This document shows, piece after piece, positions 26,788 to 34,048 of a stretch of DNA of 34,048 nucleotides (position 1 is its first letter; the number at the start of each line of letters is the position of its first letter). Origin of the DNA: Proteromonas lacertae (Eukaryota); assembly GCA_002245135.1 (NCBI GenBank), contig NGBS01001165.1:248001-282048 (forward strand), written 5' to 3'. The notes beneath the pieces were generated by a model. That model saw nothing but the letters and a program-made list of their open reading frames with translations. It had not been told where the DNA came from and searched no databases. The position numbers were made by a program, and so were the translations under genes.

Positions 26788-27438
26788 GTAGGAATGAGAT
26801 TTGAGAGATATGAAGTAGATATATTGATGAATGGATTTAAGCGAGAAGCTGATGGTACAATATCGTTGAATGAATTTATTGAAGCGTTAGTTCCTCCAAT
26901 GCAAGAAAATCGTTATAATGTAGTAATGGATATATTCCACATGTTAGATAATGAAAAGAACGGCGAACTATGTCTTAAGTTAATTGTGCCATTATATGAT
27001 GTAAATAGTCATCCGACAATAAGAGAAGCTAAACTAACACAAGATCAAGCATTAGATCAATTCATTAATCATTTTCGATATACAATAAAACCTGGATTTA
27101 TAAGTATGAATGAATTTTTAGATTATTATTTGCTGTTAAGTTCAATGTATGAAAGTGATGAAGACTTTGAGACTTTAGTAAGAAGTAATTGGAGAATCTG
27201 ATTATTTCAATAATAAATTTTATATATATTATCATTATTTGTTTGTTGGTCATGAAATATTGTATAGTTAGTTTTCTGTTAATCATTTTTCAAAATTTCC
27301 ATCATTTTTAAGGCTCATTGTGATTAATATATTTACTCTTTGTATTACCAGTTATACAGAGAGATTATTGGTTTATACTTTCCAAACATCATGAATCTGT
27401 GAATGATGTTAATTTTGTTAAGCAGCACATCAGATGGA
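26788..27438 (+). pseudogene. Direct repeat copy 3: shorter calcyphosin EF-hand fragment (ORF 26794-27201) plus 3' flank
   Basis: Matches 20967-21620 except two synonymous changes (CGA>CGT, CCA>CCG), one flank SNP and a net 3-nt indel near 27285. Confidence 0.9.
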
Positions 27439-27475
27439 ATATATGTATAACCGTAAGAATATCACTGTAGGTGGG

Positions 27476-27558
27476 TAACCCGTACCAGACTATTCTTAGG
27501 TGCCTTCTACAGGTAAGAATAAGCGATTTGAGTGTAAATTAGTTTTTGGTACGGGTTA
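27476..27558. repeat. Nested inverted repeat (12-bp outer stem, 8-bp inner stem)
   Basis: TAACCCGTACCA 27476-27487 pairs with TGGTACGGGTTA 27547-27558; TATTCTTA 27491-27498 pairs with TAAGAATA 27514-27521. Confidence 0.85.
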
Positions 27559-27702
27559 TACTGGAGCAAGTGGTGAGTTTAAATTTCTTTATATATTTTA
27601 GTGTATGAGTAATTTTATGGGTTAAAATTTTTCTTTTGTTTTTTGTATATAATTTCATTTAACTTTTTCTTATTGTTTTTTATCAATCATAATTTCAAAA
27701 GA

Positions 27703-28044
27703 ATGTCAAGAATTTGGATCGAGAATGTTAATATAGAAGATAGAAATAAGCGTGAAGATGAAGACTTTGAAAGAATCTATGCAATCATTGAAAGTGAAGT
27801 AGCTAGAATAGTAGCTGAGCCACCTCCAGTAGTAATGTGGTATACTTCTGATACAGCTGATGAGGATGACAGAAAGTATGAAGAATGGCGTGCAATTCAT
27901 AAACCAACCAGAGTAGCACAAGCAACCATACGCCCTAGAAAATGGGTTGATCCTGAAGAAGAGCGCAGAAAAACAAAGATGTTAAAGCGTTATGGTATTG
28001 ATGAAAAAAACATCATTGAAGAAAGACTAAGATTTCATAACTAA
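27703..28044 (+). CDS. Hypothetical charged protein (element ORF)
   Basis: Intronless ORF from ATG 27703 (MSRIWIEN), coding-like composition, no recognisable motif. Confidence 0.55.
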   Translation: MSRIWIENVNIEDRNKREDEDFERIYAIIESEVARIVAEPPPVVMWYTSDTADEDDRKYEEWRAIHKPTRVAQATIRPRKWVDPEEERRKTKMLKRYGIDEKNIIEERLRFHN

Positions 28045-28172
28045 TTCTTAAATCATTGGTTTTAATTGAATTTTTGTTATTTGATTGGCTGAATAGAAAT
28101 AAACATAATATTACATAATTCTTTTCATTCATAAATTTCTTGCGATTTTTGAAATAATCTACATAAATTAAA

Positions 28173-28757
28173 ATGAGTGATATACAAAACGAATTAGATG
28201 CTAATATTGAAAAACACTTACAAGAAGGTGAAATGTATGAGAATGATATGTCTGAAGTAAAATCATTAATTATTAAAGTATTCAAGGATATGTTGGATGG
28301 TATGTATTCTGTGATTGAAGAGTATGAAGATGATCCAGAATGGAGTGAACAACCAGGTGATGATATTGATATAACAATGGAAGAAGAAGAAGTGAAGGAA
28401 GAAAAACAAAGTGAATCTAAATCTAAAAAAAGAAAGGATATAACAAAGTCAGATTCAGATTCACAAGTGTGTAGTACTTGTGGTAAGAAGAAAGCTAATG
28501 ATGAATTTGGTTATAAGAGTGAAGGTGTATTCTATAAATCTTGTACAGAGTGTAGAAATAAGAAGAAGAGAAGATATGAAGAAGTAAAGAAAGGAAGTGA
28601 TAATAGTGGAGAAGATAAGAAGCGTAAAGTAGAGAATAGTTCCACTGCCGAGGGTCGACCAAAGGTAGATATTGCTAAAGTAGATTGTTCTACAAGTCCT
28701 ATCCCGGGGGTAGCTACAGTAGATCTAACTACATCACCTACCTGTATAATTAATTAA
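28173..28757 (+). CDS. C4 zinc-finger protein (element ORF)
   Basis: CSTCGKKKANDEF...CTECRNKKKRR, a CxxC...K...F...CxxC ribbon common in viral and phage proteins; NLS-like basic runs. Confidence 0.65.
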   Translation: MSDIQNELDANIEKHLQEGEMYENDMSEVKSLIIKVFKDMLDGMYSVIEEYEDDPEWSEQPGDDIDITMEEEEVKEEKQSESKSKKRKDITKSDSDSQVCSTCGKKKANDEFGYKSEGVFYKSCTECRNKKKRRYEEVKKGSDNSGEDKKRKVENSSTAEGRPKVDIAKVDCSTSPIPGVATVDLTTSPTCIIN

Positions 28758-28821
28758 CTTTTGGTTTAAAATTCATTTTTATATTTCTATACGTTTTTAT
28801 ATATAAATAATTTCACATAAT

Positions 28822-29205
28822 ATGCCATATAATTCATCTTTAGTTATGTTAGGTGATATGAAAGATACTTTAAATGGTTTGAAACAAGAACTGTATATTT
28901 TATTAGGTTGTGTAGTTCTATGGGTTCTTTATAAATGCAAGAGAATATGTGCATGGTGTTATCATAAAGCCTGTCCTCCAGAATTAAGTGAAATATTAGC
29001 TGAGCCAGAACCTGCTGTTCAATTAGCATTAAGAAAATCTACTATTGTTTCTGCTATTCCATTTACTTTAACACCTGAAAATAGTAGAATAAATTCTAGA
29101 AATGCTAGTGATAATGAAGATGAAGAGCAATTAGAAACAGAAATAGAAATTATTCCTATTAATAAACCTGAGATTGAAATTCAAAAACCAATCATAAATA
29201 TTTAA
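28822..29205 (+). CDS. Small single-pass membrane protein (element ORF)
   Basis: Hydrophobic LYILLGCVVLWVLY followed by a Cys/basic juxtamembrane segment. Confidence 0.55.
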   Translation: MPYNSSLVMLGDMKDTLNGLKQELYILLGCVVLWVLYKCKRICAWCYHKACPPELSEILAEPEPAVQLALRKSTIVSAIPFTLTPENSRINSRNASDNEDEEQLETEIEIIPINKPEIEIQKPIINI

Positions 29206-29386
29206 TTTTATATATAGTCTTTTTTCGTATTTGATTTTTGAAAGTTATTTTTTGTACCCCCTTAAATATTACATAAAGAAAAACCGTTTTATTTTTCATT
29301 CACACTTTTCTTACTCATTTTCAGTATTTTATTTTTTTCATTTTTTACTTTAATAGAAAATTAATTATTCAATCATTCAATCAAAA

Positions 29387-30559
29387 ATGCCAGCAGACAG
29401 AGTCAAACAACCAACCAATTCAGAATTATGCTCCCAGCTTCCATTAAAGGGACAGGCTTATGAGTTCTATCAGAAAGTGAGTCGTAACATCCAGCATTTA
29501 AAGACATTTTGCGACGAAATGTATATTCAAAGTTTGGCTTATGATGACAGCAAAAAATCAAAGAAGAAGCAAAGTCCACCACAATTCAACTATATCGAAT
29601 TAGAGAAGTCAGCTACAGCAGTTTATTATTGCTTTTCATGTAAGTTTGATAATCAGAAGTTAATTCCCATTAAACATCTAGAGACATTAGATCAAAATGA
29701 GTATATGAATTTATACTTTAGTGACGAAGAGATGAAGAGTATAGTAAAACCAGATGTAAAACAGATTAAACCTTTTATTCAACCTCAGTTAAAACAACAA
29801 CAACAACCACAACAAGAACCACCACCACCAACTGTACCTCAAAAACCTAAAAGAGTTTATAAAAGAAGAACTGATACTGTAAAGAAACCTAAAACAAAAG
29901 CAGTTATTGATAGTGATGATGAATTAATTCATTTAAAGAAAAGAAAGATTGTTAAGGATTCTGATTTTGTTGACGAACCAGTGGGTATAATTGTGAAAGA
30001 TACTGAATCAAGAACATCTGCTGATGATTTATTAAGTAGCCAAAGTCCTACCTTTACACCTCCAATGTCACCAAGGTCTGATACTACACTTCTTGATGTT
30101 ACTGATATTGATATACTGGATGCTGAATTGAAATATTTTAATGCTGAAATAACTAAAAAAGATGAAGAAAAACAAAAAGAGATAGAAGAGAAAATTAAGC
30201 ATCAAGATGCAGAGAGAAAGAAACAAGAAGATGAAGAAAAAAAGAAAAAACAACAAGAAGAAGAAAGAGTTAGAAAAGTACAAGAAGAAGCAGAGAGAAA
30301 GAGAAAACAAGAAGAAGCAGAAAAGAAAAGAAAAGAAGAATTAGTGGTTATTAGAATGCTTCAAGAAGAAGAGAATATGAGACAACAAGAAGAGTTAAGA
30401 AAGAAATGGGTATTAGAACAAAAGAGACAAATGGAAGAAAAGATGAAAAAAGAAAACGATGAATTAGAAAAGAAGATGGAAGAAGAGTTTAAGAAAAGAA
30501 TTGAAGAAGAGAAAAGAAAGAAAGCTGAAGAGTTTGAGAAGATGATGAAGAACTTATAA
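29387..30559 (+). CDS. Hypothetical protein with long E/K/R-rich C-terminal helix or coiled coil (element ORF)
   Basis: 390-aa intronless ORF with a P/Q-rich linker and charged C-terminus. Confidence 0.7.
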   Translation: MPADRVKQPTNSELCSQLPLKGQAYEFYQKVSRNIQHLKTFCDEMYIQSLAYDDSKKSKKKQSPPQFNYIELEKSATAVYYCFSCKFDNQKLIPIKHLETLDQNEYMNLYFSDEEMKSIVKPDVKQIKPFIQPQLKQQQQPQQEPPPPTVPQKPKRVYKRRTDTVKKPKTKAVIDSDDELIHLKKRKIVKDSDFVDEPVGIIVKDTESRTSADDLLSSQSPTFTPPMSPRSDTTLLDVTDIDILDAELKYFNAEITKKDEEKQKEIEEKIKHQDAERKKQEDEEKKKKQQEEERVRKVQEEAERKRKQEEAEKKRKEELVVIRMLQEEENMRQQEELRKKWVLEQKRQMEEKMKKENDELEKKMEEEFKKRIEEEKRKKAEEFEKMMKNL

Positions 30560-30698
30560 GTATTAATATATACTTTAAATTTGTCTGGTTTATGCTTTAA
30601 TCCATATACTTGAAAAAAGCACTTTGAATTCATTACTTTGATGAAAATTGGTGTTTGTTTTATATGTAAAAAATAACATAAATAAAAAACATAAAAAA

Positions 30699-31860
30699 TT
30701 ATACGAAATCATTAAATAGCGAATTTTTCTTATATACTCTACCATATCTACTTTTTCTGCCTTCTGGTACTGGTTGAATATCTGGTTCTATAGGTTGTGC
30801 TTCATTATTTATACTATGAATTTGTCTTAATCTAAACTTACCATTTGTTGTAATACTATTAACTGGTACTCTTTTTATTTCATGAGATTTGAATCTATAT
30901 GAGCCTATATCTCTAGGATTGAATTCTCTAGGTATTGTTCCATCCAAGTTCTTAACAGAATATGAAAATGGTCCAACTTTGTGTATTTGGTATACTTTAT
31001 CAGTATAATAAGTAGTTTTTTGAAGTTTGTTATCTCTACGTTCTTTTATTCTGACAAAATCATCAGCTTTAAAATGAGTATCACTTTTACGCTTCTTTAA
31101 GTTTCTAGCATGGGATTCTTTTATACAATCTATCTTGGACTTCAAAATCATTGAATACTTCATTTGGAGTTAGATTATTGAGTGCAGAATGTGGTTTTGC
31201 ATTGTAATCATCTACAACAGTATATACTATATTACACAATGATTCAATATTGTTAATTTTATCAAATTCTTCATCAGAAAATGTATTAATTTTTCTATAA
31301 AACATATCTTTAATAGTTCTCCACACATCGATCCAATATTTTCATTATATTATGTTCATTACGTTCTTTAAGTATAAATCGTATATGATTTTTGTTAAAC
31401 AAATCTAAAAATTTCTTACCATAGATAATACCAGACTCTTCATCTGACAATATACTTCCTACAAAACGAGCGTTTTCATCCTTAGGTTGCATACCCTGAT
31501 AAACCATTTTTCAAACACTGGATATACATCATTTTCTGATTTAGATTTAACATAATATATCCAACACTTACGACTAACAACTTCTATAATTAACAAAAAT
31601 GGAACTTTTGTATTGTTGAAAAACACCAAATCTATTTGATATGACCCAGGTAACTTTTCAATTTCATATTTAATTCTATTCCTTTTAGTTGCAGTGATTT
31701 GATAATCTGGTTTAGACTCTACAAGTTCACTACTAGCTTTTTTAATGTCAGATTTTTTAAAGTTATTCTCAAGTTCATTTACAGAGAAATTAATAAAGTC
31801 TCGTTTGTTTAAATAACCATATGTTTTGTATAACTCATTTATTTTATCTTGTAGTGACAT
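30699..31860 (-). CDS. Retroviral-like (c-int/rve) integrase of Maverick/Polinton type; three frameshifts as assembled
   Basis: Joined ORFs give YQIDL, IEVVSRKCW, SDEESG, ILDRCVRTIK, YNAKPHSALNNLTP and FKADDFVRI; shifts near 31502, 31321 and 31120. Confidence 0.9.
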
Positions 31861-31920
31861 TCAAACAATATATAAAAAAATATGAATGATATATTTTAAA
31901 GAATTAATGAATTAAAATAA

Positions 31921-32694
31921 TTAAATCATTTCTTCTACCTCTCCCAAATCCTTATCACTTAAAGCGTTACCAAAGTTAATAGACTTAGCAGCACTAATAA
32001 AACCATTACTAATTACTTTCTTAGCAGGGAATGGTCTACGAGTACTAATTAAATCACTATCTTCTATCTTAGTTCTCTTAATTCTTGGAGGTGAAACAAA
32101 TTTGTTTTGATTAGCTTGTTCTTTCTTAATTTTCTTCTCATTACTTCTTCTAATAGTTGTAGCTAAATCAGGATTTTCATCATAACCAACAATATCACTA
32201 CAAACTCTATGATTAACAAAGTTTTGAGTACCATTACTCTTAATAGAGATTTGATTATCAACAACACTTACAGCAATTTTACTACCAACATCAACATCAG
32301 ATGGAACTCTATAGTTACTATTATCCCATATCATAATAGAATTGAAATTGTGGAAGTATTTAATACCATGTTGAGGTTCTCTACATCCTACACTAATCAA
32401 ATATCCACGAATGATTTTTTCTATAAAGTCATTCTCGTTTCTATCATAAATTTGTTTCAATACATATTTCACTTCATCAGCTGAATATGTTTCAAAATCT
32501 CTTCCATTATTAATTACAACTTTATGATCCAAATCATGAACAAAAGTAATCAATACATATTGACTAGTTTTAGTAGGCTTAACTGTAATACTCTCAACAG
32601 TTCCTTTAATAATCCACTTGTTACATAACTTTGGATTCTTGTAGTAATCACTGAATTCTACATCTGTAGCTTCATAGGGTGTTTCGTTACTCAT
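31921..32694 (-). CDS. Putative OB-fold single-stranded nucleic-acid-binding protein (element ORF)
   Basis: Intact 257-aa ORF; IIKGTVESITVKPTKTSQYVLITF and SIMIWD...VDVGSKIAV resemble OB-fold strands. The fold is an inference. Confidence 0.45.
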   Translation of the reverse strand: MSNETPYEATDVEFSDYYKNPKLCNKWIIKGTVESITVKPTKTSQYVLITFVHDLDHKVVINNGRDFETYSADEVKYVLKQIYDRNENDFIEKIIRGYLISVGCREPQHGIKYFHNFNSIMIWDNSNYRVPSDVDVGSKIAVSVVDNQISIKSNGTQNFVNHRVCSDIVGYDENPDLATTIRRSNEKKIKKEQANQNKFVSPPRIKRTKIEDSDLISTRRPFPAKKVISNGFISAAKSINFGNALSDKDLGEVEEMI

Positions 32695-32779
32695 TTTATA
32701 TAAGGGAGAGATGAAAATAAAAAATGATTAAAAAATGTCAAGAAAAATGAAAATGAAAATTTCTTTTTATTTTTAAAGT

Positions 32780-32840
32780 CGACCAATCAAATCATCCGAC
32801 CAATCAAATTTCATATTTCATTTTTGATTTATTTCGCGAA
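32780..32840. promoter_or_regulatory. Divergent promoter region with tandem CCAAT boxes and a TTCGCGAA palindrome
   Basis: CGACCAATCAAAT at 32780-32792 and 32797-32809; TTTCGCGAA at 32832-32840; lies between divergent ATGs at 32694 and 32855. Confidence 0.5.
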
Positions 32841-32854
32841 TTCTGTCTATATAT

Positions 32855-33070
32855 ATGAGCAAACATAAAAAGCTTTTAAAAGCATTTTTTAAACTTCTAG
32901 AACAAACTTTTAATAAAAATAAACATCATAAGCATAAGCATCACCATCATCATAAACATAAACATACAGATGAACTACCACCAGAAGAAGCTCCAAAACG
33001 AAGATTAGCGCCATTATTTAGTACAGATGCTATTCAAAATAAAAAAGATATAATAATGATATACCAATAA
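32855..33070 (+). CDS. Small His/Lys-rich basic protein (element ORF)
   Basis: 71-aa ORF containing KHHKHKHHHHHKHKH. Confidence 0.45.
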   Translation: MSKHKKLLKAFFKLLEQTFNKNKHHKHKHHHHHKHKHTDELPPEEAPKRRLAPLFSTDAIQNKKDIIMIYQ

Positions 33071-33096
33071 TCAGTGATACATTCTTTGGTGGATTA

Positions 33097-34048
33097 ATGC
33101 CTTCTTCCCTACCAAAACCTAACCAAAATCAAAGATTTAATGATAGAATACGTGATGCTAGAGAAGTTGATAAATCATCTCAAGGTGTTACCAGGAAATG
33201 GGTTTTCAATTATAACAATAGAAATTACAGTACACCACAACAATGTTATCATGATTTTGTTAATAATAGTGATATCAAAGATATATTACATGAACTAGCT
33301 GATACTATGAATATGATCAAATTTTTCTTTATTGTACGTTCAATTTATATACCTGATGAGTCTACTGACAGTGATGATGAAGTTTCTATATTTAGTCGTA
33401 GTAGACTATGTGAAATAACAAAATGTCTACTGTAGGTGAAATACAAACTATACTGGAGAATATATTTACACAAATATCAGAAGATGATTCAAATCATCCT
33501 CAAAGTGGTCTTACTTTTGCTAGAGTAAATACTATAGAATTATATGTAACAAAATTTAAAGTGATACGTGGAAGTAGTTTTATTGTTTTACCTGCTAAAC
33601 TTCAAGGTCTTAGATGTTTAACAAATGTAATAAATGAAGATAATGAATGCTTTAAGTGGAGTGTACTATGCTCTTTTATATTCTAATAATCTACAATGTA
33701 ATAAAGATAAACCTGAAAAATACAAAATGTATGAAAAGAAACATGATTGGAGTATGTTAACATTCCCTGTTGATGCTACAGACAATGAATTATTGATAAG
33801 TTTGAAACAAAGAATCGACTAAATGTGAATATATTTTATATTGATATTGCTAAAGATAAAGAAGAAATATTCTTACCCATTCATTTATCTAAACAAAAGA
33901 AATCTAAAAAATATAGTGTTGTAAATCTATTGCTAATAAAAATGAAGATGGAAATTCACACTATGTAACAATAAATACCTTACCTGCTCTATTTAGAAAA
34001 ATGATAGATAAAAAGAATAATACTAATAATATATTTGTGTGTCCATAT
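33097..34048 (+). CDS. N-terminal region of Polinton-type protein-primed DNA polymerase B; partial; frameshifted as assembled
   Basis: SGLTFARVNTIELYV...GSSFIVLP...NVINEDNECFKWSVL, FPVD...KFETKN, NLLLI...HYVTI motifs typical of Polinton pPolB N-termini; the catalytic domain is not in the window; four 1-nt shifts. Confidence 0.7.

Larger units (their letters stand above)
27439..34048. mobile_element. Maverick/Polinton-like element (left part; continues beyond window)
   Basis: Abrupt switch to intronless ORFs; c-integrase-type gene and pPolB N-terminal region. The left boundary is inferred from where identity with repeat copy 2 ends. Confidence 0.75.

Noticed and set aside
20648..27438. Processed retrocopies as the origin of the calcyphosin fragments
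   Set aside because: No poly(A) tails, the copies extend through and past the TGTTTGTT motif, and they lie in tandem next to the parent.
30068..30633. Phe/Ser-rich minus-strand ORFs
   Set aside because: Antisense of the E/K-rich region of ORF 29387-30559.

Overview
Very AT-rich eukaryotic DNA in the standard genetic code, gene-dense, with tiny (about 28-41 nt) GT-AG introns and TGTTTGTT/GT-rich motifs after some stop codons. This suggests (inference) a Blastocystis/Opalozoa-like stramenopile protist. Bases 1-15.8 kb are host genes: a BTB protein, a Bro-N-like + C2H2 zinc-finger factor, a type I membrane protein, PRMT1, an intronless bacterial-type MsrAB, two head-to-head DHHC paralogs, a GT31 glycosyltransferase, a large membrane protein and a CFAP161-calcyphosin fusion. 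From 15.8 kb the window is an insertion hotspot. Two highly diverged, intron-containing Crinkler/RHS-like cassettes of about 5 kb (two P-loop NTPases plus PD-(D/E)xK nuclease motifs) each sit between near-identical direct copies of the 3' end of the host CFAP161-calcyphosin gene (781 bp and about 650 bp), resembling giant target duplications. An intronless Maverick/Polinton-like element follows (c-integrase, OB-fold-like protein, pPolB N-terminus) and runs off the right end. Frameshifts in the mobile region can all be repaired by +/-1 changes in short base runs and may be consensus errors. All family calls come from motif recognition by eye; no searches were run.
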